A stretch of DNA of 64,000 bases, from contig JANNVX010000026.1 of NCBI GenBank assembly GCA_031414595.1, forward strand, positions 1 to 64,000, given 5' to 3'. A program made the translations under genes and the position numbers. The DNA comes from Deinococcales bacterium. Lineage in GTDB: Bacteria; Deinococcota; Deinococci; Deinococcales; JAAFIG01. The stretch's first letter is position 1, and the number at the start of each line of letters is the position of its first letter. The notes beneath the pieces were generated by a model. The model worked only from the letters and a program-made list of their open reading frames with translations, did no database searches and had not been told where the DNA came from. Of this stretch, positions 1-10,015 are shown piece by piece.

Positions 1-137
1 GCTTCTTGAAAGTATGGAAGTAAGGCTTGGAATTCTTTTTTGGTTAGTCCAGTCAGGGCTAAGAAGCGAGTTTTATTCTTGACGAGTTTGTCGTAATGCA
101 GCACTCGAATAGTTTATCCTAATTTCCGATAACGTCT
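1..137 (-). mobile_element. End of an IS5/ISL2-like insertion sequence; transposase N-terminus (GTG at 104) runs off the window edge
   Basis: The minus strand from 104 reads MLHYDKLVKNKTRFLALTGLTKKEFQALLPYFQE, matching the F..LTGLT..EF..L helix-turn-helix start of DDE_Tnp_4-type transposases. A candidate terminal IR AGACGTTATCGGAAATT ends at 137. This ORF is not in the supplied track. Confidence 0.6.
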
Positions 138-519
138 ATTGCTTATAGTTACTTTAGTGCTAACATCCATTGCATCAGTACCGCTCTTCATGGCAATATC
201 CACGCCTGCCAAATTGCAATTTCCGAACTGCAAGGCGCTGGCATACCACAACGTATGTCGTTGGCGTTGCTTGTGGCATTATTTGGTCATGCTTTCGGTT
301 AATTATAAGTTGCTTTTGATTCCTGAATCAAATGTTTCAATGGAAAATGTAACAAACCTTGCCACAGTTCACCAAAATTATTCGCGAAGTTCTAAAACAC
401 GTCTTTAGTGATGCGATTGTCAAAGCCTTTATTCAAACTTGATACGTTATGCCAAGTTCATCATTAACTCAAAAGGTAGGTACTCTCAGTTGGCTATTGC
501 ACTTGCTATACTCAAGGCA

Positions 520-2136
520 ATGGAGATCATAACCAAGAAACTTAAATCTGGTGTTACTTTCACACTTTTTGCACTGCGTTCACCCAGAAAACGAACTGAG
601 AAGGGCTATGTCGGCTCTAGTGACTGGATGATGGAAGCTGTGTTTTACCCAAGTGGGGACACGGGAAAAGTTACAACTATAGAAGTTCCTTGGACTGCAT
701 TGCCTCTGCTTGCTTGTGGGCAACAGTTTTTGGATGGAGTCCTCCTAGATTCTCGAGATGGACACGAAGTTTTGCTGAATCTCGACAACAATCCAACACT
801 TGAAAGAATTGGACAAGTCTTACCTATTCCGCGAGTAACCAATCCTTGGTCAGAAGGTAACGAGTGGGCATTTGTGTGGCGCACAAATCAAACAAAACTT
901 GTGCTTCCTGTTCTCGAGGTGCTGCGGGCTTGTGTTGCCCCAAATCAAGATTTCGTGAAAGGGTTACTTGATCCAAATTTTTTATTTTCGATTGGGCATT
1001 ATAGAGTTGCCAATGATGCTCTACATCTCGAGTTTAACCACACTGTTCGATTGCCAAATCAACGTAAACGTCGTGAGCGGTTTATTCGTGAGATTGCTAG
1101 GCTACTTTTAGATCCAACCTTTGGATCAGCCTTTCGTAGTGTTGCATTGAATCGAATCGCCCAAAATACAAACGCCATTAAAACAACTTTTCCCGAACTT
1201 TTAGGCAAAGTGAAATGCTTAGTGAAGGTAGTAGAAGGTGTTTATCTGATCCAACAATTGATTCACTTTCAGCCAGCCCAGCCATTACCAATCAAGTCGA
1301 TCTTTTTTAAGCACCCAAATTTCACAAAACGGTATCGGGTACGGATTCAAAAAGTTGGAGCGCAAGCTGTAGCTGGTGGTGCGTTACAACATTATTTAGA
1401 GGGTGGGAGAATCAAAAAGAATCGCTCCAGAGTCATTGTTATGGCAAATCCCCAACCCAATAACCAACCTGACATTCCAGTTTTTAACGAGGGACTGATT
1501 GACTTAAATCAAATCAAGGATGTGCTGCTGCCCAATAAAAACTCGCAACAGCGATTTTTTGTGATGGGCGCAGGTGAAAATGATCAGGAATTCCCATTAG
1601 GCAAGATTGAAAAAGACTTTTTGCACGATGATGAGGCTTCAGACACACCTAAAAATTTTCGGCAAAACGAGTCTTGGATGAAAAATCTAAAGCGAGGGTT
1701 ACGACATTTAATTGAGTTGGTTACTCAAGCCAAAGCAGAGTACCCAGCACTAGAAGTTGATTTTCGTGAAGGTGTCAGACAAATTCCAAACACGGAAAAA
1801 ATCATTAAGCGAGACTTTGTGATCATCGAATTTTCTGAACCAATATTTGGTAAATGTTGGATTATTGAATTTCAACAACCAACCGAAATTCAAATAGAAA
1901 AGTCGAAAAAATATAGTGCGGCAACACTACGGCTAAAATTCAAGGACTCCAAGAAAACATGGGCTGATGTAGAACCTGTGATTGTTAAGCTGCTGCTGGA
2001 CTACTTAACTGAAACTTATCACTGGAAAAAGGGAGAGTTTAACAGCCTAGAAACAGAATTTAACATTGGAATTCAGCGATTTAAGCATCATGAAAAGCGA
2101 GTTGTTTCTTGGGCAAAAAGAATTATCGAGAGCTAA
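520..2136 (+). CDS. tnsE: TnsE-like Tn7 target-selection protein
   Basis: ORF of about 540 aa next to tnsD. Segments W.M.A.F...PW..LPLL..G..F.DG and LPVLEVLRA..AP resemble Firmicutes-type TnsE as I recall it. Start moved to ATG 520 because TATACT (507-512) lies 7 nt upstream. Confidence 0.6.
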   Translation: MEIITKKLKSGVTFTLFALRSPRKRTEKGYVGSSDWMMEAVFYPSGDTGKVTTIEVPWTALPLLACGQQFLDGVLLDSRDGHEVLLNLDNNPTLERIGQVLPIPRVTNPWSEGNEWAFVWRTNQTKLVLPVLEVLRACVAPNQDFVKGLLDPNFLFSIGHYRVANDALHLEFNHTVRLPNQRKRRERFIREIARLLLDPTFGSAFRSVALNRIAQNTNAIKTTFPELLGKVKCLVKVVEGVYLIQQLIHFQPAQPLPIKSIFFKHPNFTKRYRVRIQKVGAQAVAGGALQHYLEGGRIKKNRSRVIVMANPQPNNQPDIPVFNEGLIDLNQIKDVLLPNKNSQQRFFVMGAGENDQEFPLGKIEKDFLHDDEASDTPKNFRQNESWMKNLKRGLRHLIELVTQAKAEYPALEVDFREGVRQIPNTEKIIKRDFVIIEFSEPIFGKCWIIEFQQPTEIQIEKSKKYSAATLRLKFKDSKKTWADVEPVIVKLLLDYLTETYHWKKGEFNSLETEFNIGIQRFKHHEKRVVSWAKRIIES

Positions 2137-4013
2137 ACTTGCAATTGTTTCCATCGTCGTTGTTGAACTTCTTTAAGTGCAGCTTTCACTTTGGGTAGGT
2201 AGATGCAATCGTCTCGAATTCCAGCAGCTCGAATGAGTTTCCAACGTGGAATAAGTGCATCCTTTTCGAGTATTGCGGGTAACACTGCCCAAATTCTACG
2301 AACCGCGAAATCTTCGCGTGATTCCACAAGTTCCTCGAGACACTTTTTGGTTGCTGGCAATTTGTCCAGATGAGCAAAAGCGATGGCTTCCACGCCAACT
2401 TCGGATACCAGTCGAGTTTTGGAGACTCTTACAAATGGCTTGCGTAATTGTTGGATGGCGTTTGCGGCAATACGCAATCGCAATGCTATATCTTTATCTC
2501 GAGCAATCCAGTTTATCCTTTGAGAATCTTGAGGCTTGCGTTGCCTTTTTGGTGAATTTTCACGTAACCAAACCTTTGTATAACGGTACAGCCATGTGTA
2601 AAGTGCGGGATTTCGATTGCGTAATTGTTGAGTAGAATGGTCTGGATGTTGTTGCTTCAACTCTAGCCATTGCTGCTGTCGTATCTGATCTGCGTGTTCT
2701 GCGGCTACGATCACTGGTAGTGTCGAGGGTTTTTGCTTTAGACCGCGCCCGATTAAGCCTTGAAGTCGGGCTTGATTTTTGATTGTAGCAGGGTCAAAGC
2801 CTAGTTCTCGAGCAATTTTTCGCAACGAGTAAGCTGGATCATTCCAAGCAGTTTGCAGCGCATCGCGCCAAGTCTTTCCATACTCTGCCATCCGATCAAT
2901 TCGCCAAGTATCTTTGGGTGTTTGGTCTGGTCCAACTCTGCGATAATGGAATCCGCAATCACAACGAAAAGTTCCAATTGGCTCGCGCTCGTTTAGGGTT
3001 AGGTTTACTTCGAGCTGTTGAACCACAAGTTTCCCAAAATGTTCACTGGTACGATTAAGACAACGCCAAGGCTTTTGCCCAAATGGAGATTTTGGAACTG
3101 CTGCAATGTTCAAGTCAAGATTTAAAAAATTTTGCATCAACAAGTGATAAAGCGTATGGTTAGCGACTCTTGGCTTTCGTAATAAACGTAACCACCACGA
3201 ATTTTCGATGGACTCGAGTGGCACTTGAAGTAATGAAAAGAGTTCGGTTCCAAAGTGGGCAAATAGTTCATCGAAAATGTTGGCGCGTTTAAGTTTACCA
3301 GAGTACGAGGCAAGATTACGCTGGTATAGCTGTTTTAAGTATCTTTGCTGAAGTTCTACAGGGTTCAGATGGTATTGGGATGTCAAGAGTTGCTCTGCTC
3401 TTTTTGCTAAATCCAGCAAGATTGTGGACTCTTTATGATTCGGAATTGGCATTGCATTTAATTCTTTTGGTATTGCTTGTTCGGCGCTGATAAAGATGTG
3501 CTTTTTGCTCGAAGGGTGAATTGCTACTCCGCTATCCTCAAGCCACACATGGTGTTCCGTACAGACATAAACTCCTGCAAGCTGATGCAGTCTACGCCAA
3601 TGGGTAAATCCAGACCGATTTCTATCCTCAGAAGCGCACAAAGGGCAGTAACGCAACGATGCCGGGTGTTGAATCTGTGTTGCTGCCAACCCGAGTAACA
3701 TAAAAGCTGGTCCATTCCCAATCATGGCTTTTTGCGCTGCCTGACGACGTTGCTTGGAGTGGAAAGCTGCATAGTACGGAAAAAGCGTATGCTGTTCTAA
3801 GAGTCTTAAAGCGCTCCAGTCAGCCAAAAATCGCGTTTGGCTGGCAATTTGATTAAGGTGTGAAGGTAAGTCAACAATCGCTCGAATGGATGCTTTGCCG
3901 TACCAGTCCATAAGGACATGACGGCTATTCGGATACACCATGATGTCGCTGTAACGAGCAATTAAGCTGTATAACAGCTCATCGGGTTGAGGATCGGGTA
4001 ACCAAGTCAACAT
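2133..4013 (-). CDS. tnsD: TnsD/TniQ family target-selection protein
   Basis: N-terminal P.PDELLYS..ARY, TniQ zinc finger YCPLC...WRRLHQL.GV.VC..H, long C-terminal TnsD region; directly downstream of tnsC. Confidence 0.9.
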   Translation of the reverse strand: MLTWLPDPQPDELLYSLIARYSDIMVYPNSRHVLMDWYGKASIRAIVDLPSHLNQIASQTRFLADWSALRLLEQHTLFPYYAAFHSKQRRQAAQKAMIGNGPAFMLLGLAATQIQHPASLRYCPLCASEDRNRSGFTHWRRLHQLAGVYVCTEHHVWLEDSGVAIHPSSKKHIFISAEQAIPKELNAMPIPNHKESTILLDLAKRAEQLLTSQYHLNPVELQQRYLKQLYQRNLASYSGKLKRANIFDELFAHFGTELFSLLQVPLESIENSWWLRLLRKPRVANHTLYHLLMQNFLNLDLNIAAVPKSPFGQKPWRCLNRTSEHFGKLVVQQLEVNLTLNEREPIGTFRCDCGFHYRRVGPDQTPKDTWRIDRMAEYGKTWRDALQTAWNDPAYSLRKIARELGFDPATIKNQARLQGLIGRGLKQKPSTLPVIVAAEHADQIRQQQWLELKQQHPDHSTQQLRNRNPALYTWLYRYTKVWLRENSPKRQRKPQDSQRINWIARDKDIALRLRIAANAIQQLRKPFVRVSKTRLVSEVGVEAIAFAHLDKLPATKKCLEELVESREDFAVRRIWAVLPAILEKDALIPRWKLIRAAGIRDDCIYLPKVKAALKEVQQRRWKQLQV

Positions 4014-5574
4014 TGAGATCGCCAAATTCCTGCAAAGAACCAACAAATCCAGCTTTTCTTAGGGCTTCTACTGGATCATTTTTTAATTGTCGAGCGGCTT
4101 GAAAAACTTCAATTAGTGGCATCGGAAGTTTTGTTTGTGGTGCTTTAGCTATTTTCTTGTTTGGCTGTGTGGAAGATTGTTGCACTAAAGGGGTTGGGGG
4201 TTCTGACACGGCTCGAGTCATTTGCTTTGCTCGTTGATCTATAGCAAGTTTCACATCGTCTATTTGTGTAAGGACACTTCTATTCCCTGTTTTTAGGGCT
4301 TGAACAATTGTTCGCATACTGCCAAATAGCTCTTTTGCAACCTTTTGAATCAACTCGGTTGTAATTAGTTCTTTAACTTGATCTTTATTGATAGCGCGTT
4401 CTTGGGAAAGCCGAAATAGTTTAATGGCAAAGTCAATGATCCCTTGTGATTCATCATATAGGACATCGCTAAATTCTTTTGGTACAAGCCCATCTTGGCG
4501 GCGAATTGGGTTTATGGTGTACTGATAATTCCATATCGAAATTAAAAACCGCTCCCATTCGCACTCGAGACTACGATTGCCTTCAGTTCGTTCTAAGCGT
4601 CCCCAATACATTTGCCCTTGTCCAGCGTTGCGGCGCATTTGCCAAAATTGTCCGTTGAGCATTTCCTCTGCTTTGGGCGTACCCACAAGTACGACAGGTA
4701 CTTTGATTTCATCCATTAAGAAGGAAAAAAACTGAAGCATGATTTGTTGTCCACCAGATTTTTGCTTGCTCAGGTTTTGGATTTCATCAATAACCAATAC
4801 GCCCAAAGATACGAATGCAGCAACTCGAGCCATGTTAGGTATCATTTGCATGGCGTTTCTACGGTCATACTTTTTTAAGCCATAGGTGTTTTCATAATCA
4901 GTGCCTAGCAATTGATCAATAGACTTAAAAAACAGATTGCAGAGAGACTTTAGAGTTCCATCTATAGGGCAGGTAATCACCAGATAAGTAACTTGAGTAC
5001 GCAAAAGCTGGTGGGTTGTCCCTATGTTATCTTTATATTCACGATGCAGAAGAATTTGTGGGTATGTTTTTAGCACTGTTCCGATACCACGGGTTTTTCC
5101 AACACCACCAATTCCAATAATCGCAAATCCTGGGGATGTATCTTCGGGAATAACATCGAGTGCGTATCCAGTCAGGTCAATGGCTTTTTGAACTTTTTGA
5201 TGGACTTTGGTAAAACTTTGGTCGTCAATAGGATTCCGAAAAATGTAGCTATCCCGCAGCATTCGATCAAAGCGCTGCTTTAATAAGATATGCTGCTGTA
5301 AGACAACATTTACTCGAGTTAGTTGATCAATAGCAGCAATGCGTTCATGCCGTGGCAAATTGCGTATTTCGAGATCAAATTTAGGTAATTCAGTGACCAA
5401 TTCAGAAAACTCATTTTCACTCAAAATTGGCGGTAAGGCTTGGATTAACGGGTTTGTACTCCATTGTGGAAATAACCGCGAGTCAATTTCTCGATAGCGG
5501 GCTTCAAATGCTTTTCCTGCTCTAATGGTTGTCGGAGTTATCTGTTCTCGAGTAACGCCTTTGTTTTTTTTCAC
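3979..5574 (-). CDS. tnsC: TnsC AAA+ ATPase
   Basis: NPLIQALPP N-terminus, Walker A GIGGVGKT, Walker B LVIDEIQNL; lies between tnsB and tnsD. Confidence 0.92.
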   Translation of the reverse strand: MKKNKGVTREQITPTTIRAGKAFEARYREIDSRLFPQWSTNPLIQALPPILSENEFSELVTELPKFDLEIRNLPRHERIAAIDQLTRVNVVLQQHILLKQRFDRMLRDSYIFRNPIDDQSFTKVHQKVQKAIDLTGYALDVIPEDTSPGFAIIGIGGVGKTRGIGTVLKTYPQILLHREYKDNIGTTHQLLRTQVTYLVITCPIDGTLKSLCNLFFKSIDQLLGTDYENTYGLKKYDRRNAMQMIPNMARVAAFVSLGVLVIDEIQNLSKQKSGGQQIMLQFFSFLMDEIKVPVVLVGTPKAEEMLNGQFWQMRRNAGQGQMYWGRLERTEGNRSLECEWERFLISIWNYQYTINPIRRQDGLVPKEFSDVLYDESQGIIDFAIKLFRLSQERAINKDQVKELITTELIQKVAKELFGSMRTIVQALKTGNRSVLTQIDDVKLAIDQRAKQMTRAVSEPPTPLVQQSSTQPNKKIAKAPQTKLPMPLIEVFQAARQLKNDPVEALRKAGFVGSLQEFGDLNVDLVTRSSTR

Positions 5575-7764
5575 CTAGTCCTCCTCAGGTGGCACCAAAG
5601 TTGCCAAAAAGGTTGTGAGTTCACCATCAAATAGTTCTTTTTCTTTTTTCTGAGTCAGCTTTTCTGGTTTTTTTGGTTTCGGAACGACTCGTTCAGTTGC
5701 CTTTTCGCGTTCATCAGATTTTTCCTCCGCTCTGTTTGCCTGAATCCCTTGAATGCGCTTGCGGTTTGAATCGGTGGTTAGAGTCGCTAGGGTTTCTTCT
5801 TTTCCACTCGCAATGACTTGGTCTCGTATCTGCTCGAAATCAAATTGTCTGGCGCGTTTTGCAGGTGCAGATTCGTCTCGAGCAACGCGATCCAATTCTC
5901 TCTCCAATTCAATCTCTGCCCACGAGGCATCATTTGACCAATCTGGACGTTCGATTTCCTGGCAAAACATGTATTCCTCGGTGTGCGGGTGACGAACATA
6001 GATGTAACTTGTGGACCATTTATCATACGCTATTGTTAAGCGTGGCATTTTTTGACTTTCAACTTTTGTTCGCCAATTCTCAACTTCAATTTGATCACAA
6101 GTGTAAAACAAACCATTAAACCGAACACCCTTGCGAGTTACACTGGCTTCGTCTCTAGGCAAAAGCATCATTCTCAGATGAGAAGCATCTACGGTTCTGA
6201 GCCGACCTGATCGGTTCTCGAGACCCCATTCCCACAATTCACAAGGAATGGGTCGAACGCCGTCACGCATCATGTCTGCATCTCGAGGATAAGCCTCAAT
6301 TTCATTTGCAACGTTGTATTCAAGAAAGTGAGTGGTTAAAATTTTACGAAATTCATCCAATGTGTATTTTGCTTCAAGGCGTTGATCTTTTGTTCCTTTG
6401 CGGTTTAAGCGTACAGCCCCGTCTAACCAATTCACTATCCTTGTGTCAACTATGCCAAAGTGACGTTCAATAATGCCTTTCCAGTCTGCGCGATATGGGG
6501 CAGTATTACTGATTTTAATTCCCAGATTTACCAAAAAACTGGAGTCGTAACCCTCAAATTCACCACGATCAGCAATGATTTCGTCTGGAATATGATGACT
6601 TGCCCATTCATGGGGGAAAATTTCGATACCCATTTTTTTACAATACTCGACTTTATCTTCGACCATGTGCATCATGGCTTGAATTGCACCTGCCCAACTT
6701 GGTCCCTCAAGCCCTACCCAAAACCCTACAATCATGCGACTGAACACATCAATAACCACATACAAAACAGGTTTACCGACGAGGTGGCGACGATTTTTTC
6801 GGCTTACAAGATGAATAGCAGGAATGGTCGCATCAACTTGAAAAACTGATCCAGGACCAAAAGCCATAGAAGTTGATTCACCGTTCAAGACTCTAAATCT
6901 TAAGTTGTGTTCAATTTCACCTTCTCTGGCTTTGATGACACGCTCAATATTTTTTCGGATAGTTTTCCCGTACCAATATCTAAATTGTGCAAAGGTTGGT
7001 CGTAAGTGTTCTGGCAATAAGATTGCTTTTTTTGTTCCATCTTGCAGTGTTTTCTCACTGGCTTTAAAGTATTTCTTTTCTCCTTCTTCAAAAGCTTTTG
7101 TCAAACTTAACCGAGCTTTTTCATAATATTCCTGACCAATTTTCTCTAAAATCACCTTGATCTCTGGCGTGACATTTGGAGATGAGGGTGTCTCAGTGTA
7201 TTTTGTTAAACGACTTGGTCTTCCACGCTTTGGACTTTTTTGCTGCCTGATGCGCTCGACACCATTTGCTCCTGATTTATCTAATTTGGGAATAAGAGCA
7301 TATTTTGACTGACCACCAATCCAAAAAAGCCGCAAAAGTCGGTACACAGTCGCTTTGGTACGCTGATGCGTTTCGCAGGCTACTTGAATAAGTTTTCCAC
7401 GCAATTTTCGATCAATATAGATTGCTGGGGATTGGTTTACAATAGATTCTACAATTTGCCAATTGCGTTCAAGTATTTGTTTTTGGGCATCTGTTAAATC
7501 TGCATCGTGGATGGGTTGTGCCAGGTGTATATCGTGAAGCAGTTTTCGACTTGTAGTCCATTGTTCGCGCAAATGTTTTATCACATCAGAGTATTTCGTT
7601 AGACTCGGTAAATGCTGAGGGTTTTTTAACCCATCGGATTGCTGCACAACGATCCATACCAAAGCATCTAGCGATTGGTCAATGTACAAAACTCGCATGA
7701 CTTCGTATTGACCATCTTCGCGGTCAAATTCAATAAGACTATTTCGCTCAAGTATTGTATTCAT
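5575..7764 (-). CDS. tnsB: TnsB DDE transposase
   Basis: GPGSVFQVDAT, VIDVFSRMI.G, ADRGE and KGIIER motifs, followed by a Mu-transposase-like C-terminal region. Confidence 0.93.
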   Translation of the reverse strand: MNTILERNSLIEFDREDGQYEVMRVLYIDQSLDALVWIVVQQSDGLKNPQHLPSLTKYSDVIKHLREQWTTSRKLLHDIHLAQPIHDADLTDAQKQILERNWQIVESIVNQSPAIYIDRKLRGKLIQVACETHQRTKATVYRLLRLFWIGGQSKYALIPKLDKSGANGVERIRQQKSPKRGRPSRLTKYTETPSSPNVTPEIKVILEKIGQEYYEKARLSLTKAFEEGEKKYFKASEKTLQDGTKKAILLPEHLRPTFAQFRYWYGKTIRKNIERVIKAREGEIEHNLRFRVLNGESTSMAFGPGSVFQVDATIPAIHLVSRKNRRHLVGKPVLYVVIDVFSRMIVGFWVGLEGPSWAGAIQAMMHMVEDKVEYCKKMGIEIFPHEWASHHIPDEIIADRGEFEGYDSSFLVNLGIKISNTAPYRADWKGIIERHFGIVDTRIVNWLDGAVRLNRKGTKDQRLEAKYTLDEFRKILTTHFLEYNVANEIEAYPRDADMMRDGVRPIPCELWEWGLENRSGRLRTVDASHLRMMLLPRDEASVTRKGVRFNGLFYTCDQIEVENWRTKVESQKMPRLTIAYDKWSTSYIYVRHPHTEEYMFCQEIERPDWSNDASWAEIELERELDRVARDESAPAKRARQFDFEQIRDQVIASGKEETLATLTTDSNRKRIQGIQANRAEEKSDEREKATERVVPKPKKPEKLTQKKEKELFDGELTTFLATLVPPEED

Positions 7765-8566
7765 TCGCCACCTCTAAGAGCTCGAGAACGTTCACAGGAT
7801 TGAATATTGTTGTCATATCAATCCTCCAAAAACGCTTTGCAATCAAATGTCTGACGATGTAAAGACTTGTGTGTCTCTCGAGCTTAAAGTGCTTATCTGA
7901 TTGAATTGTGATGTCTCTCAGAGGTAGATTTTTCTTAAGAACAGCTTGGGTTAGAAAATCTGCAATTTCAGCTATTTGATCCTTGGTAACTATTTTTTCG
8001 TCTAGTGTAAAAGCTGAGTGCAAGAATTTCATGTTTATAACGAACTGCGATGGAATTTCATCCGCAATCACAATCTTCCAATTCACATCGCGTTCCAGCC
8101 AGTATTGCTGCTCGATTTGTAGTTTTTGAATTGTCCTCAATTTCAACAGATCGCTTTTTGTTTTGACGGTTCGGACAAAATTTGTTCCATCTTGAGCGGT
8201 TAAATGAAAATCAGATGTCATGACAACAATGGCATCACTTTTTGCTCGAGTAGAAGTTGGATGTCTGATACCCAACGAATCTGCTACTTTTTGAGTGTTT
8301 TCATAAGACCAGAGAGGGTATTGCTCACGAATATCCATGATCTCTGGACAACACTCAAGCCAATAAAATACTTTAAGTTCGCCTTGACTCAGAAAATGGT
8401 GTACGCGCTGAGATTTCCATCCGGGACTGCGAGAGGACAATCCATCAGAGCCGAGATCGTGAATCGTTAGCCAAGGTTGATAGTCTTTTCCGGTACCTTG
8501 CCCACAGCCTGACTTCCATTGCTCATTAGCACTTTGAACCGTCAAAATTCTTTTGCGTTTCGCCAT
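7748..8566 (-). CDS. tnsA: TnsA endonuclease
   Basis: G.G.G.DYQPWL, RVHHFLS..E, DIREQYPL, VMTSDF, K and EQQYW motifs of the TnsA N-terminal nuclease. Confidence 0.93.
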   Translation of the reverse strand: MAKRKRILTVQSANEQWKSGCGQGTGKDYQPWLTIHDLGSDGLSSRSPGWKSQRVHHFLSQGELKVFYWLECCPEIMDIREQYPLWSYENTQKVADSLGIRHPTSTRAKSDAIVVMTSDFHLTAQDGTNFVRTVKTKSDLLKLRTIQKLQIEQQYWLERDVNWKIVIADEIPSQFVINMKFLHSAFTLDEKIVTKDQIAEIADFLTQAVLKKNLPLRDITIQSDKHFKLERHTSLYIVRHLIAKRFWRIDMTTIFNPVNVLELLEVANEYNT

Positions 8567-8594
8567 AAGGGAGCAGCCTCTGCCACTCCCTTAA

Positions 8595-8652
8595 TAGTAT
8601 CATACTTTATTAGCATAGTTTTAATCTTTATTATTAGTTTAAAACTATATTA
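8595..8652. repeat. Three 18-bp direct repeats, putative TnsB binding sites of the tnsA-proximal end
   Basis: TAGTATCATACTTTATTA (8595-8612), TAGTTTTAATCTTTATTA (8616-8633), TAGTTTAAAACTATATTA (8635-8652). Confidence 0.7.
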
Positions 8653-9765
8653 TACCAACTTTAGGTAGATAATAAGGAATGTCAAGATTAGGCACACCTC
8701 TAACCGCCCACCATACGACTGAAGAACTCGAGAAACACTACAAACAGTGCAAAGATGCCAAAGAAAAAACTCGTCGCCAAGTGATATGGCTCTACTCAAT
8801 CAACTCCAGCCCAAAAGAAGTCAGCCAAGCGACTGGAGTGTCCGTCAACTGGATTTACAAACTTGTCTTGCGTTATAACGCCCAAGGTACGAAAGGACTG
8901 ATTGACCTACACACCGAGCGACCAGGCGGAGATAAACGAGCCATCCTTAACTCTGAGCAACAAACTCAATTAGTTCAAGCCTTACAAGGCAATGCACCCG
9001 ATGGTGGTCTTTGGACAGCCCCTAAAGTTGCTTTATGGGTAGAGCAAAACACCGCTAAAACCTTAAAGAAAGTGACTGCTTGGACATACTTACGTCGTCT
9101 TGGATTGACTTTACAAGTACCCCGTCCAAAACACCTCAAAGCTGCAAGTCTTGAAGAACAAATTGCCTTCAAAAAAAAGTAAAAGAAACGATTGCACAAA
9201 CAAGGCTCGAGTATCCAGATAAACCAGTTCAACTTTGGTGTCAAGATGAAGCGCGAATTGGTCTAAAAAGCATTTCTCGTCGAGTTTGGGCAATGCGAGG
9301 ACAACGACCTATTGCACACCACTGGACACGCTATGAATGGTCATATGTTTACATATTTGTTTGTCCTTGTACTGGTGAAAGCTATTTTCTGATTCTTCCA
9401 AGTGTCAGTATTGCTTTGATGACGTTAGCACTTGAGGAGTTTATGCAAGACATCAATCCAAAAGATGATCGTGTGATTGTCTTAATGCTCGATAATGCGG
9501 CTTGGCACTCGAGCAAGAAAGTGGTGTTGCCTAAGAACCTTATTTTACTACCGCTTCCACCGTATACACCTCAGTTATCCCCTGCTGAGACGATTGTTCC
9601 CTTGGTTCGTGAGGTGGTAGCTAATCGTATCTTTGCTGATTTGGATGCTTTGGAAGATATTTTGTGTGACCGTTGTGCTTTTCTGATGCAGAATCCTGAA
9701 CTGGTTCGTGGTCGGGCTGGTTTTAGCTGGCTCGATGATTAAATACTATCTAAGTAAATTTGGTG
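8653..9765 (+). mobile_element. IS630-family insertion sequence
   Basis: Imperfect terminal IRs TACCAACTTTAGGTAGATAATA (left) and TACTATCTAAGTAAATTTGGTG (right); flanks are TTA and TCA; encodes a frameshifted transposase. Confidence 0.85.
8679..9742 (+). CDS. IS630 transposase expressed through a -1 frameshift at A8G (9171-9179)
   Basis: The HTH ORF 8679-9182 ends FKKK*. The -1 frame continues ...WCQDEARIG...LDNAAWH...PPYTPQLSPAE (DDE catalytic domain). Confidence 0.85.
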
Positions 9766-9784
9766 TCAGGAGTGCAACGAGTGA

Positions 9785-9875
9785 CGGAGGGGTCTTGCGA
9801 CGCGTAATCGAAGAAACGCTGTGCAAGACCCCTCCGACGCGCTTCGCTTGCCACCTCCCCTGCTTCGCGGGGAGG
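9785..9875. repeat. REP-like palindromic element
   Basis: Perfect IR CGGAGGGGTCTTGC (9785-9798) / GCAAGACCCCTCCG (9823-9836), then a CCTCCCC..GGGGAGG hairpin (9854-9875). Confidence 0.65.
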
Positions 9876-10015
9876 ATAAAAAACAAGAGCCAAAACATAG
9901 GAAGTTCGGGTCAACATACTTTTAGCCCTATCTCACGAAAGTGTACCCGATTCAATAAATCTTTAGTTGCATAGACTTCTATTCTTGAAAGTGGTGAAAA
10001 GCGTAGACTTTGTTT

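Larger units (their letters stand above)
520..8652. mobile_element. Tn7-like transposon core (tnsABCD + tnsE-like); the far end lies outside the window or was not recognised
   Basis: Complete tnsA-B-C-D operon plus tandem TnsB-like binding repeats upstream of tnsA. Confidence 0.85.

Noticed and set aside
139-408. 89-aa ORF
   Set aside because: TTG start, no recognisable motif, abuts an IS end; probably non-coding.
439-8652. CRISPR-associated transposon (CAST)
   Set aside because: No cas genes or repeat-spacer array in the window, and the convergent ORF looks like TnsE rather than Cas12k or Cascade. Cargo beyond the left edge cannot be seen.
9708-9974. 88-aa ORF
   Set aside because: Reads through the IS end and REP palindromes; spurious.
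9910-9985. Continuation of the Tn7 end right of IS630 (CATACTTTTAG, AATCTTTAGTTGCATAG)
   Set aside because: Only partial matches in AT-rich DNA, irregular spacing, and no terminal ACA at a plausible distance.
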